Shown: positions 1 through 9,735 of the stretch, piece by piece
Layout: the number at the start of each line of letters is the position of its first letter
Position numbering within the stretch: position 1 is the first letter of the stretch
DNA from: Tetramitus jugosus
Taxonomy: Eukaryota > Protista > Heterolobosea
Length of the DNA stretch: 64,000 bases
NCBI GenBank assembly: GCA_937625935.1
Contig: OW569359.1
Location: 186,001-250,000 of the forward strand
Direction of reading: 5' to 3'
Position numbers and translations under genes: made by a program
The notes under the pieces: model-generated
Database searches by the model: none
Told to the model about the DNA's origin: nothing
What the model saw: only the letters and a program-made list of their open reading frames with translations

Positions 1-219
1 AATATTGTCAATGACTTGAAAAAGAAGGAAATGAAACCGTTGAATAAGCACGATGGTGACCAGTGTAAGAAGGATATTGGTGCAATGAGATATGCAGAGT
101 GTTCTGCGAGAACAATGGACGGATTGAACGAAGTGTTTGACCATGTGATCGAAGTGCACTTTGAGAGGGTGATGGGTGATGACAAGACTGGAAAGAAGAA
201 GAAGTGTACCATACAGTAA
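1..219 (+). CDS. Rho/Rac-family small GTPase, 3' end (truncated by the window start)
   Basis: Frame 1 is open from base 1. IGAMRYAECSARTMDGLNEVFD matches the Rho G5 region (YxECSAkt..gvreVF). Ends in a polybasic tract plus CaaX: KKKKCTIQ*. Confidence 0.88.
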   Translation, partial: NIVNDLKKKEMKPLNKHDGDQCKKDIGAMRYAECSARTMDGLNEVFDHVIEVHFERVMGDDKTGKKKKCTIQ

Positions 220-753
220 ATGACAATTGAGAGACAGAGAGAGAAGAATTATCATCACTATCACCATCAACAACAACAACAATAATATCCTATAATAATA
301 ATAACAACAACAAGAAGAACAACAACAACGTGAATCATAATTTCGTAATCATTAATAACAATAACAAAAACATAATCGTAGTTGAAACAAAATCATCATT
401 TGACAAAATTCCACACAAGCAGTAGTAATCAAAATTACTATCTCTCTTTCGAGGTTCATATGAAAAGAGGACCGCACACATACACACACAGTGTCTCACT
501 CTCTTGCATATCCATCCTTCTCATTTATTCATAACCATCGTCATCCCTATATTATATACCTTGCTTTCTTAAGTAAAGGACAACCCAACACAATAAAAAT
601 CATAGATTGAAAGTTTAGAATTGTTGTTGTTGTTGTTGCTCACTATTGGCAATCAGCGCTGAGACTTTTTCTTAACAAACATCCAAGCATCAAACAATAC
701 AAAGCACTCCTGGAATCCACCAACATCTTCCTCTTTTTGACCTTTTTTGGAGT

Positions 754-1563
754 TCAAACAAATACCTCTTGCAATGTCTCACTGGCATGTGCAATTGCGA
801 GCATCTCCATCAAATGACTCACTCCTTCTTGACTCTTGACCTTGTTGCTACGTACGCTGAGTGTGACCAGTGTATCATTGTGTCGTAACATTTGACTCAA
901 ATGTTCCATTCCTTCGTTCCCTAATCGATTCATGCTCAAATCCAAGTGCTTTAACGTAAAGTTCTTGTTTGTGCTACTGATACTGCTACTGCTATTTGTT
1001 ACACTACTATTGTTATTGTTATTTACATTGGGATTGGATTGTCTAGGTGATCCAGACACTAATGACTGTTGTTGATTCTGATAGTGCTGATGATGATGAT
1101 GGTGATGATGCTTGTTTGTCAACACTTGACACAGGTGCTTTACACCAGAAGCCGAAATATCATTCATTGACAAATTCAATACTTCAATACTTTCGTTGTG
1201 AGACAACATTTGAGCAATGTGCTTGCATCCCTCACTCCGTATCAAATTACCAGTCAAATCCAAATATTTGATCGTGTTCCATGCGAAAAAAAAGGGTAGT
1301 GAATCACTGGGTGTTGAAACAGAGTTGGAGTCCAAATGAACACACAAAAGCATCATGTGCCTCGGAGTCAACAACTGGAAGGCCATTTTGAAGTAGGTTG
1401 GATTTTTGTTGTATTCTAGTTGGGCCAGATTAAGGAATTCACGCTCTTCTGAAGTGATGTCATCAGAAGATTGTTGTTGAGGTGTCCCATCATCTGTTGT
1501 TGGGGACTGTATGGGTGTTGGTTGATGGTGGTGTCGTGATGATGTGTCGAGATCAATGTTCAT
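754..1563 (-). CDS. Leucine-rich repeat protein (RNI-like LRRs)
   Basis: Repeats IKYLDLTGNLIRSEGCKHIAQML, IEVLNLSMNDISASGVKHLCQVL, LKHLDLSMNRLGNEGMEHLSQML. First ATG at 1563 (MNIDLD). The 3' end stops mid-repeat, so a further exon is possible. Confidence 0.8.
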   Translation of the reverse strand: MNIDLDTSSRHHHQPTPIQSPTTDDGTPQQQSSDDITSEEREFLNLAQLEYNKNPTYFKMAFQLLTPRHMMLLCVHLDSNSVSTPSDSLPFFFAWNTIKYLDLTGNLIRSEGCKHIAQMLSHNESIEVLNLSMNDISASGVKHLCQVLTNKHHHHHHHQHYQNQQQSLVSGSPRQSNPNVNNNNNSSVTNSSSSISSTNKNFTLKHLDLSMNRLGNEGMEHLSQMLRHNDTLVTLSVRSNKVKSQEGVSHLMEMLAIAHASETLQEVFV

Positions 1564-1890
1564 GCTTTGTTGGTGTTTTTGGCGCGTAGTGTATTCCCCG
1601 CAAGACTCAAAAAATAGCGATACAAGCGGACGGACGAATATCGTGTTCAAAAATTCATCCCGACAATCGGGAGATTTGACCCCATCAATTATAATCCGCA
1701 GCAGAAATTTTACAATGAATCGTTTGTATAGGTCCAAAATCTTTTGCCACACCAACACAAAGCAAAAGCAAAAGCTTAAGCATCAACTCATACAACCATA
1801 CAATAATCAGGCAAACGAAAAAGCAACAACCAACATTCTTGCCAAATTTTCATTTTTCCTGAGAACTACAACCATTTCACCACAACATTC

Positions 1891-4132
1891 ATGTCTCAAC
1901 CTACTCCTCAGCTCCAAGAAGCTCAAACACAGAATCAAAAAACAATACAAAACATTTTTTCTCCCACCATGAATAACCCTCACATTTTTATCAACACTAG
2001 TAAGAGCAATGTTGAGGGCAAGGCTCCATCTCCATCAACTTCGACCATAACTCACCTCTCTCAACCTCCAACAACAGCTACACCTCCACCATTTCAATAT
2101 ATCGGCTCTCCAATGACGACCTCACCATCACCAACACCAACAAACAACATGTCTCCTCACATCATGACAACTACACCACAGGTTTCTCAACCTGTTCCAT
2201 CTGCTCCTACAACCACTAGTAGCCCAACAAACACTTTCCCCGGAGGTAATGTGAATGTGAGAGTCGTACCAAGTGTTACCTCTCCAATCACCACCAGTCC
2301 CAACACCCATCACATGACCGTATGTATCTTATTAACTTTGCATTTTATTGTGATGGATAATGTGTTAAAAATAGAGATGATGAACTCATTTGCGTGTATT
2401 CATGTTTCGGACTTTTGTTTCGTAGATGCATAACCAGAGAACTCCATTGCCACCACAACAGCAAGGCATGATGGCTTATCGTGCTGCAGTAGCTTCTCCA
2501 ATGTCTGTTTCTCCTGTGGGCACTCCTGTCATGCTCGTCCAACAACCGAATGGACAATTTGTACAATATCAACCAATCGTACCAGCGAATGCCGTTACGC
2601 CTGGAAGTGGTGGAGTAGCACGTTTTGCTTATCCAGTTTCCTATCAGTATCACCCCGTTGTAGCACAACCAGACTTTGCGACGATACAACAACAACAACA
2701 GCAACAGCCACTTCAAGTCCAGCCACAACAACAGAGACAAGTCCAGCCACAGCCTCAGCCACAGCCACAAGCTCAACTTCAACAGCAACCACAAGCACAA
2801 GCACAGCAACAGCAACCACAAGCACAGCAACCACTTCCACAAACACCACAGCCACAACAGAGACGACCATCTTCTCTACCTCGAGCAGCATCCAAAGGAG
2901 CATCATCTGTCCCAACTCCATCCTCTGCAATGAGTGATGAAGCATACATTTGTACATCGGATGAAGAACAAGAAACTCCACACTCGTCTATTCAAGATGA
3001 GATTGCACTCAGGTTCTCATGCACACCTGGCACTCCTGCTTCTGCTGTTACACCCACAAAGTCGTTTGATGACGTAGCTGGCTCTTCATCAAAAAGAAGG
3101 TCAAAGGCAAAGGTTCAAGACGACCAATATGAACAGGAAGATGTCGATGATGAGGAAGAGGACTCTTCAAAGAAGCAGCGCAAATCCAAGGGTTCCTCGA
3201 AAGCTAGGACACCAACAGACAAGACCAGAAAAAAGAGACGTATGACCAAGGAGGAAGACGACATCTTGAGAAGAGCTGTTGCTGATTGTGAGAAGGCTGG
3301 TATTGATCTCTCTTGGAAGATTATCAACAGAGATTACTTCTTCAACAAGTACGACTCCAACTTCTTGTATCAGAGATGGAACCGTGTGTTGAAGTGCACC
3401 AGAAAGCAAGACTGGACTGATGAAGATGCCGTAGAACTCTTGTACTACGTGAAACAGTATGGTGGAACGAGATGGACTCAGATTAGACAGTACGAGTACG
3501 ATTGCCACTTTTCGGACACCATGTTGGCCAATGCATACAAGTCATGCTTGAAGAACCCTAGGGCAAACAATATGATGAAAACATTGTCTGCTGAAGAGAT
3601 TAGCGCTATTGTGACTGAGAGAAAGGCTGCGAGAGAGCAATGGGAGAAGCCCAAGGAGTTTTATCAATTGCTGAACCCTACACCATCAGAGCCAACATCC
3701 ACAAAGAAGAAGATTGCAAAGCTCAAGGCTGTTCGATCTACATCCTCTGAGCCAATCACTCAAACACCAAAGTCTGATGATAACAAATCTGAGCCGGAGG
3801 AAGAACAGCAGGAGGAGACCACCGAATCACAGGAGAGAGGAACAAAGAGAACTTCTGCTGCTTCACGATTCGTATCGAGCAAGAGAAGAAAACAAGAAGC
3901 CAAACCTGTCGATACGAAATACAGTGGCTCCAATGTGTTTGACCAACTCGTCGACTTGTTTGTGGAGCAAGAAAGAGCTTCAATCACGGTGGAGCCTGCG
4001 CCATCCCCAACAACAGCAACAACCGAAAAGACTGAGGAACAGGAACAGGTTGTAGAGGAGTCACGCAACGAAAGCACTGAATCTTGTTCTGCCCCAGAAG
4101 TGAAGGCAGAAGTAAAGGTAGAAGCTGTCTAG
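1891..4132 (+). CDS. Myb/SANT two-repeat DNA-binding protein with Pro/Thr/Gln-rich N-terminus (2 exons)
   Basis: Exons 1891-2319 and 2426-4132; phase-0 intron 2320-2425 (GTATGT...GTAG). Myb repeats RRMTKEEDDILRRAV...SWKII...LYQRWNRVL and QDWTDEDAVELLYYVKQYGGTRWTQI. Confidence 0.85.
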
Positions 4133-4308
4133 ATTTAGAACACACTTTAGACTTGAAACAACAATAAAAGTATAGTGCCCGTGTTTGGGTGGTATACATT
4201 TAAAGATTAAAACTCGATTTTATTGTTTGAATTTTCTTTTGGAACCAAATGTTATTTTATCACTGTTTGACAATTGATGTGAAAAGAGGAAGGAGTGACC
4301 CTGAAGTG

Positions 4309-4425
4309 GCAATCGAAATGATGAACAAAACTTTTCAATTCCTTTAACCTGAAAACCACATGCTGGACGGGAAAGCCTCCCGTTGTGATCAGTAGTGTGG
4401 AGATGTAGTTACATTCTCCTGATGC
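4309..4425 (+). ncRNA. Candidate box C/D snoRNA targeting SSU (18S) rRNA
   Basis: C box ATGATGA 4318-4324; D' CTGA 4349-4352; C'-like GTGATCA 4385-4391; D CTGA 4419-4422. TCAATTCCTTTAA (4335-4347), 1 nt before D', is the exact complement of conserved eukaryotic SSU rRNA UUAAAGGAAUUGA. Intergenic position. Confidence 0.65.
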
Positions 4426-4822
4426 TTTGTTTTTCCATCCAAGATCGAGAGAACAATAAAAGAACGTTTGTTGGAATGTTGTTTATTAGCTTCTTGATTG
4501 TTGAGCTTCACAGATATTCTCCTAGGCAACCTGTGAAGTGAGATAATCTCGGCAGTGCTTTGAACGTGCAACTGCTGATTCATCAATGGTCTCCCTGAGG
4601 ACGACCATGAAATAAAGAATACACAAAGAATTGTTGTGTTGTTCTCTCCCCTCCTCCAACCATCTCAAAAGTCCATGGACTCATGAACTTGGCTCTCTCA
4701 AAAGAAGGGGGTTAATACGCAAAGCAAATCACTATTGACTGTAGTAGTAAAGATACAACGATAACACGGATCACAATGATCACTCACGCAATGTAAGTGA
4801 ATCACTACTCATGTAACACACA

Positions 4823-5851
4823 TTAATAAACGGTATTGTAGTACACAACAACACTGTCAAAAGCACACGATGGTTCAATATCAGTGCACATTGTTTTGTT
4901 GTTGTTCATTCGAGTGGCAACACTGTCAGGAATGACAATGGCTTTTCCTCGAGAAAGACTACTGTCAACTATTGCTTGCATAGTAGCTACAAGTTGTTCA
5001 TTTTCAACTTGATTTTTATTAGAAGCTGTTTCTTGTTCACTCCGACTACTGCATTGACAGTGGACATCTTGATGAACAATCGGAGCAGCAGCAGCAGAAA
5101 TAGACATGATCATTGATTGACCACATGATCTATAAGCTGCTATTTCTAAATGAGGAGAATTCGTCTGTTGACGACAAGACAACATTTGTGTCTCATCATG
5201 AGTTGCATTGTCATAGCAATGACAACATTCTGTTATACAATTATTGTATTTGTAGTGCATAAAGTTATAGTTGTTGTTGTTGTTACAGTCATCATTCATC
5301 AATTGTTCTTCTTGTTGTTGATCGTATTGATGATATTGACATTCATATGGTTGATATTCGTATTGTTGATATGGTTGATATTCGCATTGTTGTACTACGA
5401 ATGATTCATCATATTGATTAAGGTTGTTGAACCATAAATCACCATTGTCATCATCATTACATGGTGACTCTTCCATGACACAATCATCTACTTCATGTTC
5501 ACATTGAGCCATGCTATGAGAATGACTGTCATAGGACAAGTCAAGTGGTGCACAATCATATTCATCACAACATGAAAAAGAATCATGTTCTTCTTCTTCT
5601 ACTTCTTCAAGTTGCTCTTCATGTTGTTGTTGATAGTGTTGTTGTTGTTGTAAGAGCTCTCCCATGTCAGTGAGTGAGTTGAGAACTTGAGTCATGGCTG
5701 GTGATTGATTCATGAGTTGACACAAGAGTGGAAATAGCGTTTGTTCATCATGATGGTCATTCATGTTGTTACCAAGAAGACCCATTTGGTACCAACGAGA
5801 CAACAAGTTATCAGCTTGTTGTGGAGGGGAAGGTAGGTGCCATAGATCCAT
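4823..5851 (-). CDS. Hypothetical low-complexity acidic protein (Q/E/D/N/Y/C-rich)
   Basis: 342-aa ATG-initiated ORF with an A/C-rich leader. No domain recognised; internal QQ(C/Y)EYQPY repeats. Confidence 0.6.
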   Translation of the reverse strand: MDLWHLPSPPQQADNLLSRWYQMGLLGNNMNDHHDEQTLFPLLCQLMNQSPAMTQVLNSLTDMGELLQQQQHYQQQHEEQLEEVEEEEHDSFSCCDEYDCAPLDLSYDSHSHSMAQCEHEVDDCVMEESPCNDDDNGDLWFNNLNQYDESFVVQQCEYQPYQQYEYQPYECQYHQYDQQQEEQLMNDDCNNNNNYNFMHYKYNNCITECCHCYDNATHDETQMLSCRQQTNSPHLEIAAYRSCGQSMIMSISAAAAPIVHQDVHCQCSSRSEQETASNKNQVENEQLVATMQAIVDSSLSRGKAIVIPDSVATRMNNNKTMCTDIEPSCAFDSVVVYYNTVY

Positions 5852-6248
5852 GTTGTGTTAAAAAAAGGCGAAGAAAAAAAGGTGGGTTTTGGTGTTGTTG
5901 AGATGTTGCTTTGTTTTTATGTTGATGATGAATGTAATGAAGATTCGCAACAACATCTCAAGTCAGCTCAAGTGATTTCTGGAAGCATGCCGGAACACAT
6001 GTTCCGTTGCGCATAAACTTCTTGCACTTCATCAAGGAAATTGCACCTCCCTGTCAGCGGAATCAAAGTTTCTGCAGCTTCTAACATGAATTTCGAAGAG
6101 AGACAGTCCGCATCGCAACTTTGTTTTAAAAGTGCGCTTTTATTCCGTGACGATCGGAAATTCACTGAGAAACTACGACGAGCGCATCCAAAAATTCACA
6201 CACGACACCCAGACACAACAAAACAACAGAAAAGAAGAAGAAGCAAAA

Positions 6249-6971
6249 ATGTCATCGTCGTCATCAGAAAACAACAGCACTCTGGTCAAGCTCTCCGACT
6301 ATACCACACTCACACCAAACTCCTCTCCACAAACAGTCATCAGTGAGCTCATGAAGCTCTACTACTCACAAGGATGGGTCAGTGGAACAGGTGGTGGCAT
6401 ATCGATCAAGGTTGATGACAAGGTATATCTTGCACCATCTGGACTACACAAGGAAAGAATTCATCCAGAAGAAATTTTTGTGTTGGATGCTGAAACGGGT
6501 GACAAGGTCATTCACTATGACCCAAATCAGTCCGAGTATCAGAAGAAGACGAATATTGTGTACAAGGTCTCTGCATGCAAACCACTATTTTATTTGACTT
6601 ATAATTTGAGAGGTGCAGGTGCTTGCATACACTCGCATGCGCTCAGTACATTGATGGCTACATTGGTTTTTGACAAGGAGTTCAAAGTGACTCATTTGGA
6701 GATGATTAAGGGTATTAGAGGTCATGGATATCATGATGAACTCGTGGTGCCAATTATTGAGAATACGGCACACGAGTGTGATTTGGCTGATTCTTTGCAA
6801 GCTGCAATTGAAAAGTATCCAAACACGTTTGCAGTGTTGGTGAAGAGACATGGTGTTTATATTTGGGGAAAGGATTGGATGGAGTGCAAGACTCATGCCG
6901 AAGTTTACCACTACTTGTTTGATGCTGCTGTCAAGATGAAGCAAATGGGATTCGATCCTTCTACCTACTAA
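6249..6971 (+). CDS. APIP: Methylthioribulose-1-phosphate dehydratase (methionine salvage; class II aldolase fold)
   Basis: [60 protein letters not shown] motifs. ATG at 6249; AATAAA just after the stop. Confidence 0.95.
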   Translation: MSSSSSENNSTLVKLSDYTTLTPNSSPQTVISELMKLYYSQGWVSGTGGGISIKVDDKVYLAPSGLHKERIHPEEIFVLDAETGDKVIHYDPNQSEYQKKTNIVYKVSACKPLFYLTYNLRGAGACIHSHALSTLMATLVFDKEFKVTHLEMIKGIRGHGYHDELVVPIIENTAHECDLADSLQAAIEKYPNTFAVLVKRHGVYIWGKDWMECKTHAEVYHYLFDAAVKMKQMGFDPSTY

Positions 6972-7051
6972 TGCCAATAAATTATTAATTTTTAATTTTT
7001 GGTTGTTGGATTCATATTTGTGTTGTTGACCAATTGTTTTGTGATGTTGGA

Positions 7052-9562
7052 TCATTGTTCAGGTTGACTTTGATCGATATCTGATTGTATCAATGGAACA
7101 AGATCAACATACAATCGTTTGGCTTCTTTGGGAGATAGAGATTGAAGGGAGAAGGATATTGGACATGGACCATCCAATTCTTGAACAATGGCATAGCATG
7201 TCTCAATTGCACGCTGCCATTTGTTAGCTTTGATAGAACTACATAAACTGGAGCAAAGCCTCTCGCATGTTATGCACAATTTGCTCTTGAGCTCCCACCT
7301 AGGTAGCTCCTTTTGGGAGAATTGCTTTAGTGTACACAGGTAGAAGAATTCTGTGGCACTCATGAGCGTTTTCCAATGTTGAGTCAACAAGGCAAATTGT
7401 TCTCTTTGCCTACTCGAGGCAGTCTTGCTAGCTACCTTCTGCTGCATAGCCTCAGAAAATCGAGAGATTTGCTGGGCAATAACAACACAATATTGAGCTG
7501 TTCTTCTCAGCAAGTGTGACTTTTTCACTTGTCTTTCTGACAGAGCCACGGGCCACATCGTTTGAGTAGATTCAGGATTTCTTTCTTCTTGTTGTACATT
7601 CAGTAGTGATATTAGATTTTGAACTTTTTGCTGAATCAAAAGATCGAGCTCATTTGGTTCCTTGAGAGGAAGATGTTCTGACATAAAATTGCTGCATTCT
7701 TCGATTGCTGAACACGCGGATGCGATTGATCTTTGAGAGGAATGGATTGCGTGGTAGGAGGGTACATACTCGTTCCTATAGAGTTCAATGCTGTATCGTA
7801 CAACTTCAGGCAGCTTCTCCATGTATGTGGCACTATATGCTAAGCTCTTATTCAGAGGATCATATTGAGCACATAGAGCTAAACATAATGCAAGTAATTC
7901 GTCAGCTGTTCTCTTGTCAATAGAAAATGGATCAATATTACCATGGGCAATGAGATCTCTGGTACGTAGCGATTCTGGCCATATGAGCAGATCGAACAAG
8001 CCGTTGCATAGAGAATGCGATTGCTCTGCTATATCGTTGAATATGTGGTTGATACCTGAGGGAAGGAACGTGCTCGGAATAGTGGATAATAAGATGTCTA
8101 GGGTCGTATAGTAACTATTTCTTTCTGCAGTAAGTAGTCGATCAGCGCAAGTATTGACAGATACAAATACTCGACGAATTGCGTGCTCCAACATCGGGTA
8201 CATTAGAGTACAGAAGTTGTAAAAACAAAGAGGCCCATCTTTGAGATGATATTCTTGAATAGCAAATAGCCAATTGTCTTTCCAATTCGGTGGAACAAAT
8301 AGAGAGCGAGACAGAAAAGAATTTAGCTTCTCAATCTCTGCATCCGTTTGCCGAAGATTATTAATGATCGATTCGTCGATACAAATGTTATTGGGGTTGA
8401 TGATTGCTAATTCTTGTTGTTCTTGCTCTTTTTTAAGTGTATCGAGGGACAGAATAGGCTGAGTTACTCGCTCCTTGAAGGTACTTAGATATGGAGCAAT
8501 GAAGTCATTCAAACTGGCCACCAACACAATCAATAGAGATGTAAACGATGGATGAAACTCGTGTGCTTCATCGTAAGAGCTAGTACCGCCACTAATAAAT
8601 CCATGAATTGTGACATTACGCAAATTCATTGAGTTCAAAGGTCCAAAGAAAGCTCTGAACATAAATATGACATCCTCACCCAGTATCTGTTTCAGTTGTG
8701 GCATCAGTAACAGATCATTAAACTTTGGGATGTGAGACGCATAATTGCTCCTCTCCTGTTTGGTCATTCCTTGATAAAGCAAATCTTGCAGTGCATGCTC
8801 CAAAAATGATATTATAGACATAAAACAGAGTATACTACTTCTATTGGTCAAATGTTCAAACACAAAGAAGCTCAATAGATGAGGCTGGCTCATTAGTTGT
8901 AGCCTATTTTGGCTATAATAGGGGAGATTATCAGTTAAAAATTGCTGAACGTTTGCAACCGTAGGATCAACGACTTCATGACTCTCAACGAACGAACTCC
9001 ACCTCTTCATCAGTGTTGAATGAACTTCCAACGCATGAAACTTCAAAAATCGAGCACAATGAGCAAACATTTCATTGTCACTGTCATCCAGGTACGGCAT
9101 TGCTTGATCTCCATTCTTCAATGAACTACTCATTTCCTGCTGCTCTTCCTGTCTATCTAGCGGCGTAAATCCCTTGAGCATATTGACCATTGAGAAATGA
9201 GGCCAATGCAAAGTGAAATCCTCGGTCAAGAAAGAGCAATGGTCGTACTTCTCTCTCGAGAACATTTCAAATTCTGACTGATCAAACGACAGCAACTGTA
9301 GGACACGATGAGATAATGAGGAAGAGCTATTGGCCTTGCACCAAAGATACTTGCTCATGACAGAATCAAACAATTCCTCTTGTTCAACAACAATATCACC
9401 AACATCAGATGACGTGGGATGATCTAGCTTAATCAAGCACTTTCCATAGTAAAACTCACGAACCAATGCATGGATGTGAGTCTGATCACCTAAAGCTAAA
9501 TAGTCTTTCCATGACAGCTCCTGAGGGATACACCTAGTAAGTTTCGACAAAGATTCATCCAT
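7052..9562 (-). CDS. ERMARD: ERMARD/C6orf70 (DUF4209) family protein
   Basis: LGEDVIFMFRAFFGPLNSMNLRNVTIHGF, LEHAIRRVFVSVN...LLTAE...YYTTLDILL and LRTRDLIAHG resemble ERMARD blocks. Likely ATG at 9562. Confidence 0.8.
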   Translation of the reverse strand: MDESLSKLTRCIPQELSWKDYLALGDQTHIHALVREFYYGKCLIKLDHPTSSDVGDIVVEQEELFDSVMSKYLWCKANSSSSLSHRVLQLLSFDQSEFEMFSREKYDHCSFLTEDFTLHWPHFSMVNMLKGFTPLDRQEEQQEMSSSLKNGDQAMPYLDDSDNEMFAHCARFLKFHALEVHSTLMKRWSSFVESHEVVDPTVANVQQFLTDNLPYYSQNRLQLMSQPHLLSFFVFEHLTNRSSILCFMSIISFLEHALQDLLYQGMTKQERSNYASHIPKFNDLLLMPQLKQILGEDVIFMFRAFFGPLNSMNLRNVTIHGFISGGTSSYDEAHEFHPSFTSLLIVLVASLNDFIAPYLSTFKERVTQPILSLDTLKKEQEQQELAIINPNNICIDESIINNLRQTDAEIEKLNSFLSRSLFVPPNWKDNWLFAIQEYHLKDGPLCFYNFCTLMYPMLEHAIRRVFVSVNTCADRLLTAERNSYYTTLDILLSTIPSTFLPSGINHIFNDIAEQSHSLCNGLFDLLIWPESLRTRDLIAHGNIDPFSIDKRTADELLALCLALCAQYDPLNKSLAYSATYMEKLPEVVRYSIELYRNEYVPSYHAIHSSQRSIASACSAIEECSNFMSEHLPLKEPNELDLLIQQKVQNLISLLNVQQEERNPESTQTMWPVALSERQVKKSHLLRRTAQYCVVIAQQISRFSEAMQQKVASKTASSRQREQFALLTQHWKTLMSATEFFYLCTLKQFSQKELPRWELKSKLCITCERLCSSLCSSIKANKWQRAIETCYAIVQELDGPCPISFSLQSLSPKEAKRLYVDLVPLIQSDIDQSQPEQ

Positions 9563-9735
9563 ATTTTTTCTGTCTTCTTGAATTTGTGGTTTTTGTTTTT
9601 GTTGTTCCTGAGGTTGTTGACTTGTGCAAGCACAAAATGGAACTTTGTGTTCGATTTTCGTTTTTATTTTGTTGTGTTTTCGCGCGAGCAAACTACAGCA
9701 GAGCCGAGTCGACAGAGTCATGGTATGGGAGATGA

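Noticed and set aside
640-756. TGA readthrough or extra exon for the LRR gene (in-frame TPKKVKKRK... after the stop; GTATTT donor-like site)
   Set aside because: No acceptor restores an LRR pattern, and TGA is a normal stop elsewhere in the window. Unresolved without transcripts.
4540-4590. SECIS-like ATGA...stem...GA on the minus strand
   Set aside because: The quartet register does not fit the stem, the AAR is misplaced, and the upstream ORF ends in TAA with no in-frame TGA.
6034-6052. U1 loop II-like ATTGCAC in a short stem
   Set aside because: No ACTTACC 5' end, stem-loop I motif or Sm site nearby.
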